A stretch of 64,000 nucleotides of DNA, from contig OZ059897.1 of the NCBI GenBank assembly GCA_964057225.1, positions 13,950,001-14,014,000 on the forward strand, read 5' to 3'. The position numbers and the translations under genes are program-made. Every line of letters starts with the position of its first letter. Position 1 is the first letter of the stretch. Of this stretch, positions 41,301 through 61,146 are shown piece by piece. The notes beneath the pieces were generated by a model that worked only from the letters and a program-made list of their open reading frames with translations, had not been told where the DNA came from and made no database searches. The stretch is from Auanema rhodensis (lineage: Eukaryota; Animalia; Nematoda).

Positions 41301-42143
41301 AGAGGTATAAAAAATATTTGAATGTCTGTCAGATTTTAAAATTTTCAAGGTTCTGCATGAAACGAGTGATGTAGAGGATCATTTGGAAATGGAAGCTCTT
41401 CGACCTTTCACTGCTTGTGCTGGAGATACGGGTCGGTCTTTATCTTGTCTAGATTGGGTTCATGAGAATCAAGCACGCAGAATGAAAAGTAGAAGTGATT
41501 GGTCAGTTAGTATATAATTGTATTAGAGCATGTTGAATATTCTAGGTTTCTTTCGCCCTTTCTTCCGGATAAATCTAACTCAAGGTCTGTTGACTATTTC
41601 ATCGATGCCTTTCCAAAAAAGGAAGGAAGATTGAATGAAAATAGGATAAATATTCAAAACGAGGTTCTCTTGGAAGAAAAGATACCTTCTAGTCCATTAG
41701 ATCGTCAACCCCTTGGCAATCGTCAGAGTTCCCAAAATGAAATAAATCAAAGAATAACTTCGGTAATTCCCAAATTAAGAAAATTCTTTATAACTACTTA
41801 TCTTAGAAAACCTCTACAGTATTACCTATAAATCTAGCAGGTTGGGGTCCTCCATCGAGCACACCAACTGTATCTGCTATTACTAGGAGGCGTTCTTGGC
41901 GTGTACGTGGAATGAAGGATTTAAATGAATCTTCCATGAAAACGGTACGTTTGGCAGAATATTATTCGGTTTTACAGTTTCGTTCAGCACTCATTAGATT
42001 ATCCAAATCCACCATCATCTAACGTGCAAGCATCACATGCGCACAGTGTTGGAGGAGAAATTTGGATTGCTGATGTTACAGGAGGAGACGAAATTCCAAA
42101 AAAACGTCGAAGTCTCAAAAAAAAAGTTTCCACCCATTTCTGA
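38307..42143 (+). CDS. rga-9: RhoGAP-domain protein, long isoform (C. elegans 2RSSE.1/RGA-9-like), ends ...KKKVSTHF*
   Basis: MTVVASYGMVLCGNSDDH..KFGVPINEAFAHDIPATLL..KKDIWRAPGNQAQVRKL (arginine finger)..AIAISVAPSLFH..FPRECYEFYAR, closely matching the recalled 2RSSE.1 sequence. Downstream exons from 41162 splice in frame. Confidence 0.88.
40334..40575 (+). CDS. rga-9: Alternative terminal exon of rga-9 (short isoform, ...AAKCAGAYSLAALHL...SISCDF*)
   Basis: TTCACAG acceptor in the same phase 1 as the long-isoform exon. The peptide resembles the recalled C-terminus of C. elegans 2RSSE.1a. Confidence 0.8.
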
Positions 42144-43515
42144 ATGGATTCTCTGATTTTAATATTTTTGCCTTAAGGTAGAACCTTGCTTTCCATCGTT
42201 TTCTTAGGCTTATGCAATGCATATTAATAATTTCACTCAGGAAGTATTCTTGCCTATATATAGCATAATTGCTGTTATCATGCATTGAACCCTCACAAGG
42301 CCGGGCCTATCTTTCCTTGTAACCTCATTCAAATTGTTGTCTTAATCATTTCTTGGTTGTGTATCGATCGTCTTTCATTTGGCCTTCTAAAAAGAATATT
42401 TTAAGGCTATTTATATTCATTTTCTTTCTTTTTTTGTGATTATACTTGTTTCACTTACTTCGGAACTATTCTTTTTGGAGGTACCATAATACTGAGCTCA
42501 ATGTATGTACCCTGCTTTTAGCCTTTTACTGTTTATGTGTTGATTAATAAATTTATTCCACCTTCCAACACTACTAGTATCATGTTTTACGTTATCACGA
42601 AGTTGCATTACTACTTTCATGAGATATAATCCACTAATCCATTCGGTATATTTGTCCGTAATATGATGTTGCAAAAATAGAAAACACTGTTCATCAAAAC
42701 TAGTCTACTCTGTTATTCTGATATCCTGCTACGTTTAACAAATTTTGAAGTGTAGGCAGCTAATTTCCGTACATTGGGCAAAACTGAAATTCATACAATT
42801 TTCCAGAACCACTAGTTTCGTTGTCAGACTTATATTTAGCTTTGCTCTCAAAGCAAGGCTCCATGATTAGTAGAAATATTGCATTAAAATGTCGAGAACT
42901 CATATCTTTGACTATTAAATAGGAAGCTTTTCTTTTTTCTCAAATTCATATAGGAATGATAACATGACACCTTTCTGTTGCTAGTTAGCAAAAATAACAA
43001 AAAATCTCAGTGAGGTTTTCTGAACATTTATTGTTCATAATAAACAGAACCAAATAAGAATGAGACAAGCTACATACACTCAAAGATGAAGGTGATAGCA
43101 ATAGTCTTGTGAGATACATTACACAAAATCTACTAAGCTTAGACTCCTATGAACATGAATATTGGGTTAATAATTCCAATTGCTATGTTTGCTTTCACCT
43201 TATATTTTGTCGAATTCTTCTTGTTGTTGCAAGATGATACATATTTTTTAGCTTTTGAATAATTAATACATCTAATAAATTTCTTTTGTATTTATGATTC
43301 ATTATTAAAATTACGTACTGAACTTTCCTTTTCGGTGCGACGCAGTAACACACGGACTATCCTTTCATATTTTCATAATATTATCAATATAAAAACAAAA
43401 AAACTACGTGAACAAATCCGCTATAGTGTGCTAATTATATACTTATCTAATGGTTCTTTTACTATTCGAAATATGAATATTAATTTGCTGATGTATTATA
43501 GAAATAGGTTAAAAT

Positions 43516-44963
43516 ATGGAAAAGTCTATTACAGTAAGAGTATCCTCGAATATAGCATTGATAAAGTATTGGGGAAAGAAATGTTTGGTGAGCACCTTGA
43601 GTGATTAAAATTAAATAATGTCGATTGGTTAGACGTATAACACCCCACTTAATGATTCCGTATCTGTTACCATTGACGATCTTTCTGCCGTGACAAAAGT
43701 GCTATGTATTGCCGAACAAGGGAAAGATTCTGTCTTAATCAATGGGAAAGAGGTTGATTTAGTAGGCAGTCCGAGATTTAAGAAATGTTTCGAGGTAAAG
43801 TAAATAAGATTTTTTCAAATTAGTATTGTACGTTTTAAAGGAAGTACGAAAACTATTAAGAAAGAAATCAAAGATTGATGATAGTGGGGAAATTGTTCAT
43901 CCTGTTTACACTTTTCATGTGGGTTTTTAAATTAAAAAATATATAAAATAGATTATTTAGGTTACCTCTGTTACTAATTTTCCTGTTGGTGCTGGTTTAG
44001 CTAGTTCCGCAGCAGGTTTTGCTGCTATTGCATTTGCGATGGGAGAGTTATTCGATTTAGATAGAAAAACTGTTTCTCGAATAGCCAGATTAGGTATAAT
44101 ATACGATTTAGGCTCTTATTATTTTACACGTATTTAGGATCCGGAAGTGCATGCCGTAGTATTTGTGATGGGTTAGTCCATTGGAGAGCTGGGATTGATG
44201 AAACTGGTTTAGATTCATATGCTGAGGTTTGAATTTTTTTAAGCAATATAGTTTTAATATTGTTTTCAAGTCGATTGTTTCATCGTCTCATTGGAAGTCC
44301 TTGCGGTCCTTAATTTTAGTGTTAGACAGTTCAGAAAAGAAAATCGGAAGTTCTATAGGAATGCAAAGATCTGCTGAGACAAGTGCTTTGATTAAGTACA
44401 GAGCATCTAAAGTTGTTCCAGAACGAGTGGAAAAGTTGATTATCAGAATAAGGCCAAGAATGATAGTTATGTTTCAGATTACGTAAAGCTTATGAAGAAC
44501 ATAATTTTGCTGATCTAGGAGAAATTATAATGAAAGATAGTAATCAATTTCATGCTATTTGTTTAGATTCTTATCCCCCCATAAAGGTATTGATCTTCAG
44601 TTTGTTATATAATTACAAAGTAACTTTTAAGTATTTGAATAATGATTCCTGGAAAGTTATTGATGTGGTTCACAGTTTTAATGAGGGTGGAATTCGTGCA
44701 GCGTACACATTCGATGCAGGGCCAAACGCATGTTTGTTCACAGTAGAAGTTGGTGCTGAGACTCTTTCGAAAAATATATAATTTTGCTGCAGGAAAATGT
44801 AGAAGCCTTAATAGAAGCATTGAAAAAGGATTTCACTATTGAGTGCATCACGTTGGGAGGAAAGGCTCTACCTCAAGAAATTTCGGGTGAAGAAAATAAA
44901 TCCAAAATACTGAATTTGATTCGAAGTGATGTTGGTAAAGGACCCGAGGTTTTAGTTCATTAA
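43516..44963 (+). CDS. MVD: Diphosphomevalonate decarboxylase (GHMP family)
   Basis: Motifs [50 protein letters not shown] and YTFDAGPNA. Confidence 0.95.
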
Positions 44964-45230
44964 TAAATTAAGAAAGATTATTACTTATACTATTGTTTGA
45001 TTTTGATGGGTTTAGAAATGTTTTGGATTTGTATTTTGTTATTGTTTCTTTTAAATGTTCTATGTTTAAGAAATATTTATGTGTTGGGGTTGACTAGAGA
45101 ATTTCGAAATGAAATCAGTAGTAAAACTAATGTTAACAATAATTGCTGTGATAGTAAACGAATTATTTACAAAAAAAACTGAGAATCATACTAAAAGCTT
45201 CTTTCACTACCGTACTAAAGCAATATTGAC

Positions 45231-47783
<2,553 letters not shown>

Positions 47784-48648
47784 GATCAGCAGACAAGAGA
47801 GGAATTACCAGCAATCGTTAGGCACACCAACAATTGTTGTACGGCTGAAACAACTCTAAAAATGAGAACATGTGAACTGACAGAAAACAAAAATCAAGAC
47901 AATTTGTTAAAAAACACGGGACTAGAATATTGCAACAGCCTTGAAATTAAAAACGTTAGATTTTCGCATTAACAAGAACATTGTTACTCAAATACGCAGC
48001 TGACACATTCAACAAATAACGAGAATCTTGTAATCAACTTCATGCACACTTGTCAGGAAAGCATACCGTGCTGTGGAAAAGAAACCAGTATAATAAATAA
48101 TAATATATTTTACAAATTTATTACAACTTCTTATTACCATTCTAAGAACAGAGACAATTGAAATGCGATCAGTTTGTTTGGTGGGGAATAAAATTTGGCT
48201 CGTTTCGAGATCACCGCAGTAAACATTTGTATATAAAGTAAAAAATTAAATAAAGAAACAAAACGAATCAATCGTTAAACGCTGTCGCAGTTATCTACTG
48301 GGCGATAACACAAAGCGCCATCATGCGCGAAAAGAAAGATATACAACAGTCAGTTGCTCTAACCTCTCGCAAGCTTAGTTTACAAATAATAATAATAATG
48401 AAATAGAACAATAATAACAAAACATCCAACAATTATACTGACGTAGATAACAATCCCCTGAGAGTCAGATTGTTTTAAATGTACAAAAGTTTAAAAAATT
48501 TCCATATATTCGAGTACTCTCGAAATTTGTTAATATTGCACAGTGGCTCAATCAGATTGCGATAAATTGTGAAAAAAAATACGCAAACTAAAGGATCAAA
48601 AAATACAGAGAGCAAGGTAGAAAAAATAAGAAAGCAGTGGAAATGAAA

Positions 48649-52465
<3,817 letters not shown>

Positions 52466-53049
52466 AAGAACCTGTATTAATATGATTATGTATATATATA
52501 TATATAATTTATTTATTTATATATTACTATAAGTAGGCAACATAAAATAACAAAGAAAAGAGCAACACAAAAATAAGACATCAACTTTACAGCGTGCCTG
52601 GGTTTTTCAGTCTCAAAGCAAATCATTACTTCGTGAATTAGTGTGGTATTTATAATGTGCTCAGATGTAAATGTAATATTTTTTATACTATTAAACAACT
52701 TTTCGGAAAATATTGATATTGATAATACCCTAAAAGAAAATAAGATTAATACATAGACACAGCCGCAGTATTTCAGCGTTGTCCCAGAGACGCGATCAGG
52801 CCCGCAACACAAAGTAGCAGACTTTATAATATTGAACTTAACGATAACCTGTGAACAAAATTTGAAAGCTTTAACGAAAAATTATCGTTATGCAGTTCAA
52901 AAAATATTCACACTAAAAAAAAAAAGAATTTAATCCATTAAATTTTAGTGGGCACCTTTTTAGTTACACCTAATTTGTGCTTTTGGAGATGTTCTATATT
53001 CGAAACTCAAAAAGCATCCCCCAAAGCCGTTTATTTTAGTCGAGGCAAA

Positions 53050-54000
53050 ATCTCTGGGCTCCTTCTCAGCAAAGACTCGCGGGAGCTAATCGAGCCCAAT
53101 ACCCCTCAGCGAATTCGAACGAGGCCCCGGCTGTTTGCCTACTATCGATCCTGCGAACATAGGCCGCGTCCCCGCCACATTCGCCGTCTCATCGACTGCA
53201 GTCGCGGCCTCGGCCGACCATGGTCGCTCTTATTCGAAGACACAGAAACGCCATAAAGCTTTGGATTAGGGCCAAAACTTATACAGATGCCGAACAAGCG
53301 AATGCACGTAAAAGGGTTCAAACATGAAAAAAACTAGTGTGTTTTCTGAAAAGAAAGCAATTTCGTAAAAGTGAGATATGAGACTAACTATATAAGTATT
53401 AGTTATTTCATTTTGTTTTGCTTATATATTGAGGAAACGAGTCTTCAATACAACAAGAATGAGTGGATATAGCTACAGAAGAAAAGACATAAGCTCCTTT
53501 TTTTCTTCCTAAATCTTTTCATCAGTTATCCACAAAACTTTCTCCCCTTTTTCTGATTGATAAAAAAGTATTTTAACCGAAATATTTTCAGGTTCTAGTT
53601 ACAAAATTGTTAAGAAATAATAGTGTCTTAGGCACTTTTTGTTCGACATTCTCTTTTATCTTCCCCTGCCGCTGCTCATTCTTCTTGTGACTAGCTCTTT
53701 CTGCTTTGGATTAATTCCCTTCTTCTCACCCTATCTCCCTCCTACTCTAATTCTCTATTTCTCTCGATTTCCAATATTTTTCTCTTTTTCTCTCTTCTCT
53801 CTCTTCCTCTCTCCCTGTTCGAATGTAGCCCCTCAATAGCTTGGCGTCTCACTATTGCCGCGCACAGCAGTCGCGTGCTGTTGTTTTGCCCGCCCTCGCC
53901 CGTGATCGCGCGTCCCGATACGCAGTCGCAGCTCCGCCTACTCCACCAAACGGCGTCCTACCACTCTATTCCTAGCCATTTCTTTTCTACGCGTCGTCTA
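53050..54000. promoter_or_regulatory. CpG-rich divergent promoter / 5' region between jmjd-2 and hmg-1.1
   Basis: Two GC/CpG-rich blocks (~53050-53255 and ~53840-54000) between head-to-head genes, against an AT-rich background, with no credible ORF. Confidence 0.55.
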
Positions 54001-54161
54001 TTTTCCTCCCCTCTTCTCCTTTTTCGTACCAATCTTACATTATCTTTGTAAAAGTTTAGTATTTTTTTATGTACAAGTTATTTATAATAACTTACTCGTT
54101 GATTTAAAGAATCATTGCTTTTTATATTTGTATCTTATTGCTATTTTGTTTCAGAATAGAA

Positions 54162-54711
54162 ATGGCTAAGGCTTCTAAAGCTACCAAGAAAGCTTCCCCA
54201 TCCAAGACCCCTATTAAGAAGTCCGGAAAAAAAACGAAGGTAATGTATATGCGAAGAATAATGAAGTAATGATAATGTTTAGGACCCCAATGCCCCTAAG
54301 CGCGCTATGTCTGCATTCTTCTTCTGGCTCAGTGAAAATCGTGATAGAATCAAGAAGCCCGGTATGGGAGTTTCTGATGTCGCCAAAGCTGCTGGTGTAG
54401 AATGGGGAAAACTTACTGACAAATCTGTAAGTTTTATTTTGTTTCTGTAATATTTTGCCTGCTCTCTAATGCTTTGCACATCAATGCTGACCTAGTCAGC
54501 ATTGAGGGCTGCAATATGACAGGGCGTCGCAGGAGGTCCCTCCGCGACACCTGCCACCGAGGGTTGGCCGCGACCACGCACTTCATTTAGCATTAGGCCA
54601 TCTCGTACTATACACAATAATTATAAGAGGTTCTTTCAGAAATGGGAAAAGAAGGCCAATGATGACAAGCAGCGTTATGAAAGTGAAATGACCGCTTACA
54701 AAAAGAAGTAA
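54162..54711 (+). CDS. hmg-1.1: Small single HMG-box protein
   Basis: Three exons: MAKASKATKK..., DPNAPKRAMSAFFFWLSENRDRIKKPGMGVSDVAKAAGVEWGKLTDKS, KWEKKANDDKQRYESEMTAYKKK*. Confidence 0.94.
54455..54615 (+). ncRNA. Structured GC-rich RNA element in hmg-1.1 intron 2 (H/ACA snoRNA-like or cis-regulatory)
   Basis: Several strong helices, including a perfect 11-bp stem; ANANNA-type ATATGA at 54514-54519; ACA near 54612-54614. The intron is 213 nt against a typical ~45 nt. Confidence 0.55.
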
Positions 54712-55007
54712 ATCTGATGTTCCCTTTAATTAATGTAGCCAGTGCTTCTATGATACTCACTATGTAAATATCGCTAGTGATTACTGAACTGACCCTATTG
54801 TTTAAAGACGTTGTTTCAACCCTAGTTTCAAATCACCCCTATGCTGTAGCATACCATTCCATGTAAGTCCGAAATGAACGTTAACGTCGAGATCTCCTTC
54901 AATATGATCAATAAAATATTGGTGGAAACCTTTGTTTTTCTTATATACTTACGAAACATAAAAAATAATTCATTAACAAGTACAAAGTAACAACAAAAAT
55001 CAACAAA

Positions 55008-56854
55008 TTATTGTAACAATTCTTTAGCGGCAAAATCATAAAGTTGAGCATTGATTAACTTCAACCTTTTGTTATCCTCGATTATAGCTTTAATTTTGGC
55101 CTCATCTAAATCTTCGATATCGACAGATGTACAGTCCATCTTTGATGGCGTCAGAGTAGCAGCAGATGTTTCTATTTGCTTCACTATATGAGGTTGCGCA
55201 GCAGCCTGCGGTCTAGATGATCTGGTGAGAAGAGTGTCTGCTAGACTAAAAGCTATGTTATTCCACCGGTCATCAGACTGAAAGAAAAGGCGTTTTGCTG
55301 CTACAGTAACAATCTCTGTACCTCAGTATTATGTTTTGCGTAAGAAGCATTGATTGGAATAGTTTTATTTTGCGAAACACCCTTTTGAAGCTCTAAAGAA
55401 GGTTTCCAATTGGTTGAATAATCTGCAGATGACAGTGTGATCCAATTGGGTATGAACTGGATAGTTGATATGGCTCCCCTCATATTACTGACCTGCACGC
55501 ATCTGCTATGTTATGAAGTAGACCAAGAAAAGTACAAACCTTCAAACATTGCCTACTAACAATATCCCAAATACAATATTTTCCTTCAATGTCACCAGAT
55601 GCTAATAGAGTACTATCACTATTAACTGCAAGAGCTTTAATTTCAACTGAATGGCCACGAAATATAGGAACGCGTTCATCCTTATCGTCCGTAGTTTGAA
55701 CAAGAATTTCATTTTTTCCAGCCTGAAATATATATATATATACTCTAGTTTAATCAATAATATTTTTATATTACTAAAGTATAGAGATTGATTTGGGCTA
55801 TATTTCCTGTATCGGATCCTAAAAATACACGAGTTTCAGCCAAATCAATGGCACAACTGGTTAGTGGACGATCAGCAGAGACCTATAAAGATATGATTAA
55901 TAAAATCAGCAAATTATAACTGTACCTTCAAAAGAGGGGCATCTAGAGAGATCGAATGAATAAAAGCTACATGATCTAAGCCACATGTCACAACCCTTGG
56001 ATTTAATCCGTGAGTTATAGCAATATCCATTATGTTATTCGAATGCGCTGTCCATGTTCTTATTGGATTCACTCTTTGGCCTCTATCAACGGCTATCAAA
56101 CTGAAACAATTTTATTCCAGTAATTTAGCACTTGGGATAATATCAGATTTGAATGATCCATAAGACTTACTCTGCAACCAAATATACGTTAATAGACCCA
56201 TCATTCGAAACAGCAAAAAGATACGAATCGTCATTTGATAAAACAATCTTAGTAATATTTTGATAAAACGCATCAACCACAGTCAGAAGTTCCCCTGATA
56301 CTAACTGTAGAAAATATACATTGATCTTGAAATCTATTAGAAAACTGACCAGCCATGCAAATATTTGAGTCCTAATTCCTGCAAATATTATGGAACCATC
56401 ACTATTGCTACACAAGCTTGATATCGCTCCTCCAACTACAGTTTTAACATGATATCTGTCCTTATTATGCACAGCAACGGCATGAACAATTGGACGATCC
56501 TTAATTGGTAGCAACAAGACTTCCCCCTGCTTTCCTGAAATATGTTACATTGAACATTGTTCTTATAATCCAGATTTAAACCAAGAGGTATAACAGAGGA
56601 TGCAGCTCCACCCTGAAGCTCTGATCCTTTATAGCTCCAACTAGAAACCCCAGTTCGTGGATCAACAACAATAGTTGAATAAGGATCAGCTGAAGCAGCG
56701 CTAAGTAGAAGCATCTAGGTTAAAAATTCGTTTGAACGTTTGGAAAAATGAAAACCTCTGCAGGTTTCACATAAGACGAAGCATTTCCAACAACTTCTGA
56801 GGAAGTACATTGTTTGTCGGTGTCATGGCAATTACTTTTTGATTTTTTCTTCAT
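55008..56854 (-). CDS. pro-1: WD40 protein WDR18/IPI3 (pre-rRNA processing)
   Basis: VVDPRTGVSSWSYKGSELQG, WD repeats (LVSGELLTVV, VTCGLDH, FRGH, LASGD) and a C-terminal coiled coil ending LINAQLYDFAAKELLQ*. Confidence 0.88.
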
Positions 56855-58850
56855 ATCCTAGAAATTAATAAATTTTTAAACTGAATTCTGCGTAAGAACT
56901 TTAAATCATTAAATATATAATATATATAATTTCGAAATTTAATTTTTATTTAGAAGAAAGGAATTCATGAATTTAATTTGAGAATAAAACTGAAATTTTT
57001 ACAAATTTTCATTGCCTGCTTATTTGTATTGGAGCGCGCTTCATGTAAAAAATCAATAAAGCAATTTTTTAATCGAATACGATTAATCAGAAACGATGAA
57101 ACTCGTACTTCTAAATACAGTAACTATCACATAAAAAATAGCAGTAGCGCATTTTTCAATTAAATAAGTACTCAAGTCTCTTAATACCTGTGCACGGAGT
57201 TATTATTCATTTCAGAATAAATTTTCGTTGGATTGATCTAATGCTATTGATATATGTTATTATCTTACTCACTTTTTTCTCATTCATTATATTTCAAAAT
57301 GTCATTTTCAGAATAAATATGGATTGCTTTTAAGTATAAGAAAAAACCGACTGCTGAGCTATAAGACTCTCTAAAGAAAAGTTCAAACTACGTCTCTGCA
57401 TTACATATCTGACATTAAAAATAAGTCTACTGAACTGATCAGACTATGAAATGCTTCGGAATATTTTTGTATATTGATTGTTAAGTATTGCAGAAGTATT
57501 GCCTAGTATTGCCTAGTATTGTTAATATATGTATCAAATCAACACAATATGATGTTTTGTTGTTATACTAAATGTAGTTTCACGTTATGTTCTTAGTATT
57601 TGTTGTCAACCATTGTTAATAAAACTCTTTATTATATAAGATTGGTCATTTGTTTTAGCAAACTGGCCTACTTTTGAGTGTACAGTGCTATTCTTTGCAT
57701 TATTACTCCACAGGGAATGAGCAGAAAGAGACTTGGGTCATGTGTCACCTGTAGTACTTCCTTAAAGTATGGCAGACACTTTTGATCATCATTGTATTGC
57801 CCTAGTGCACGTCACATTAGATTGTAGGTTAGCTATTACCACGGAGCAAGATAAAGGGAAATTTACGCTCAGGTCGCACGTCGTTGTGACAATCCTGAGA
57901 ATAAAGCCTAATCCTAAGCATGACGGAAATATGAGTAATAACAATTGATAATTATATGTATATATATATATAATATAGAAGAAGATAATATTATTGATTT
58001 AATAAGTATTATATGACACTTAATCTCAATTCTAGCCAGAGGTGGAAGCTTGCTTTAAAATTTCATTTTGCGCTTAGCTAAATCCAGAGAACGGTTGTAT
58101 TATTAATGCTTTTCTCTTGAAGTGAACGAAATGTCGCGAAACGGTACTCTTCATCTAGAAGAATTAACAAAGAAACATGGCTTTTTCGAAAAGTGTTTAT
58201 CCAATTTTAGCAAAACTTTTTCTGCATGTGTTTCCCTTCTCTCTATTCGATTTGAGTATAAGCCAGAAGCAGTTCTCTCTAGCTAGACATTCCTTTTATC
58301 TCACTGCAATTCTCAAGAGAATCTCAAACGTTACCCTCAATTGACCAGATTGTTCCTCTAGGAGATCGAAAATACATGAAGCAGCAAGTCATTTCTTCAT
58401 TGTTCGCACAATGGAACCTAATCCGGAAAAGAGGGTGGGGTCGAAGTCAAGGTGATCTCAAATATCTGTGAGCTAAAACTTTCCGTACAGTCCTTTGACA
58501 GGGATAGCTTCAGGCGATACGAAAAAGCTTCGCTCACAAATATCCAGGGAAAGTGAAACAATTGTCCTTTATTCTCTTGAAACATAATTTATATCATTCC
58601 ATTTCTATTATTTGATGTTCATCATCAAAGCATAAGGTTCCTCTGTTCTTTCGTTTTTCTACAGTAATTTATCGCACACAATGCTTTTTGCTATTTATCA
58701 TTGTATTGCGTTTGTTTGTGAAGCATTTTATATAAAAGCTGGATTGCCTTCAATTTTACTTTATTTCCATGTTTTAAAGCTTTGATATTCTAAATATGAA
58801 TAAAAATATTTTCTCATATTCTATATTCCCAGATAGTTTTGGATATCAGA

Positions 58851-59878
58851 ATGAAGTTGATACTTGCTGTACTGCTTACTTCGTTCTTTTCTTCAGTTTA
58901 CTGTGCCATTTCCAAGGAGCATCAAAAAGCTATTGAAGTAAGTAACATCGTCGTTTCTCATTAGAGTGTCACCTGTACCGTAGATATCTTCTTGACGCGA
59001 AAACTCAAGTATTTATCGGCCGTTTTGTTATCGAAAAGGATTCATTTTCCAAGAGTAAAATTCAAGAATTTCTTTTTAATTCAAGCAAAGTTTGCTTAAA
59101 TTCAATTATAAGCTGTCTAATATTTTTTATCCACAGAAAATTAAGAAATTAGTCTTTTTCTCTCCTTTGTTTCATTGCAAGCTTAAAAAAAACAGAACAG
59201 AGAATTTGAGAAGTTTAGATAGCTGAATGAATGCATGGTCAACTGAACAAACAAAAACATCCCACACGAATTAGCTCGTGTAGTGAAGTGAAACTCTGAT
59301 TTTGAAATGTTTGCTTGATCAAATTAAACTAAAGAAGTGTCAATTTTGAGGCTCACACTTTTCTACTTCGAAAAAATTCCCAATTATAGAATATTCTTGA
59401 ACATGCTGGTGATAAAACTGTATCAGCTATATTTTACGAAATAGAACAGGTAAATTATAATTTATATTCAAAATCATTTGTTTGATTCGACAGATCGTTA
59501 ATAAAATGGGAACCCAAGCTCAAGCTGACCATAAGAAATGGAAAGAAGACATCACTGCAGAGAATAATCAGAGAGAATTAGCTATGAAGGTATCAGAAAA
59601 GTCAATTAGGAACGCCTATAGCAAAGTGTCATTTCAGGAAGCTATGAGTCAACTTTCTCCTGAAGCTAGAGGCAGACTTATACGTATTATCCTTGTGAGT
59701 GCAACCTATTTAAGCTGGAAATGGTTTAAAAATATTTCAGGTTCAACAAAATGTAATTATGACGCAAAATGAAAAAAGAGAATTGTTGAGAAAAATCAAA
59801 TACGATATGGATGATACTATTAAGACAGAACTTCTCACCAAACTTCCAGAAAAAATTTTATTTACTACTGTTCTGTGA
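58851..59878 (+). CDS. Secreted helical SXP/RAL-2 (DUF148/ANIS5)-like protein, 5 exons
   Basis: Signal peptide MKLILAVLLTSFFSSVYCA; helical body with SQLSPEAR and NVIMTQNEKRE; in-frame phase-0 introns. Confidence 0.7.
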
Positions 59879-61146
59879 ACAATATTTATTGATGTATGAG
59901 AATCATATGATGTATTTATAAGAAATGTGATTATATACGGGACATTTTATAAATAAGTATTTTTTACTTTGTTTTTAATTGAATTTTGTTCGCAACAAAA
60001 AAGTCTAAAGGGTAGTAAAATATTGAAGAAGACATGGCAGACGGTAAATATGCACCTTCGTAATTTCTTATCGATAACGAGTTTCACGTGATTTTGGACA
60101 CAAATTTCATTTAAAATATTCTATTATGTGAAAAAAGCAACTATTACTCTAATGCAGGTTACAAACTTTGAGTATTTGAGCCAATTTATGAAGAATACAT
60201 TCAATATAATGATACAAAGTTTGTTTGTCAAATTAAGATGCAATATTTATATACCATTAACGTATTAGCGAATCTTAGGCGTAATGTTTAAATTAAAGAT
60301 TTATTGAACTCTATTATCATTGACTCTTCATTTTCAATTCAGGAAACAATTCATATATTTTTGTCCTCTTTTGACTCTCAATACCTCTTTCTATCAGAAT
60401 GATTACCTGCATTCTCAAGGTGTTATCTATTTGATGGTGTCAAATGTTTTCACGACTCAGTTAATTGCCTAACTTTAATAGCTCAGTCGTCTTGGGAAGT
60501 TCAGGAACAATGTTCAGAAATATCCACTCAAAAAATCTCAAATATGAATTTGTATCAAAGCCTGTACTGTATTTTTTTTCGTACATACTTAGTTATTATC
60601 AGCACTTATGTTACAAATTTATACCTTTTTATCCATTTTCAATGCACTGTAAGACTTGTTATTTTTTGCACTTATCTGGTACGTTCGGAGAAACAGTAAG
60701 TGTCAAACACAAATTAAGATATTTTTTTAGTTCTTGCTCTGTTATCTACATAAGCCGTCACAGATTATCATTTTAACATACACGGATTACAAGTAGTCCT
60801 GTTCTAATTCTACCCTTTAATCACCTATACCATCTCAATTCTTTCTTATCTTCCCCTACTCGTGGCTCTTCTTCCAAAAATTATCAGAGAACTGACGAAG
60901 TTAAGAAGCAGACTACCGAACAAGTAGATTAGCTCGCTCTTTTTCTTTCATTTGTATCTATCTAATGATTCCGACCTTATCTTTTTCACTGATTGGCGTA
61001 TTCATCCAACAGAATTCCTCTGAATTTTAGCTTCTTATTGTTTACAGCTTATATAAAGAGTTTTACAGCAAGTAGCTGCTTCGTTTACATTCCTAGAATT
61101 TTTCTACACTTATATTGTATTTCTTTATTCAACTATTTTTTTAGCG

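Noticed and set aside
42203-42212. CTTAGGCTTA and other isolated TTAGGC hexamers (e.g. TAGTGTCTTAGGC at ~37400 and ~53621) as telomere-addition or DNA-elimination sites
   Set aside because: Too short and compatible with chance; no tandem array and no motif I can verify.
52948-53256. 102-aa ORF or tRNA in the GC-rich block
   Set aside because: No ATG start, no homology and no cloverleaf; more consistent with promoter or 5'UTR sequence.
54427-54639. Intron-encoded telomerase RNA in hmg-1.1
   Set aside because: No template complementary to TTAGGC on the sense strand; only a single TTAGGC in the wrong orientation.
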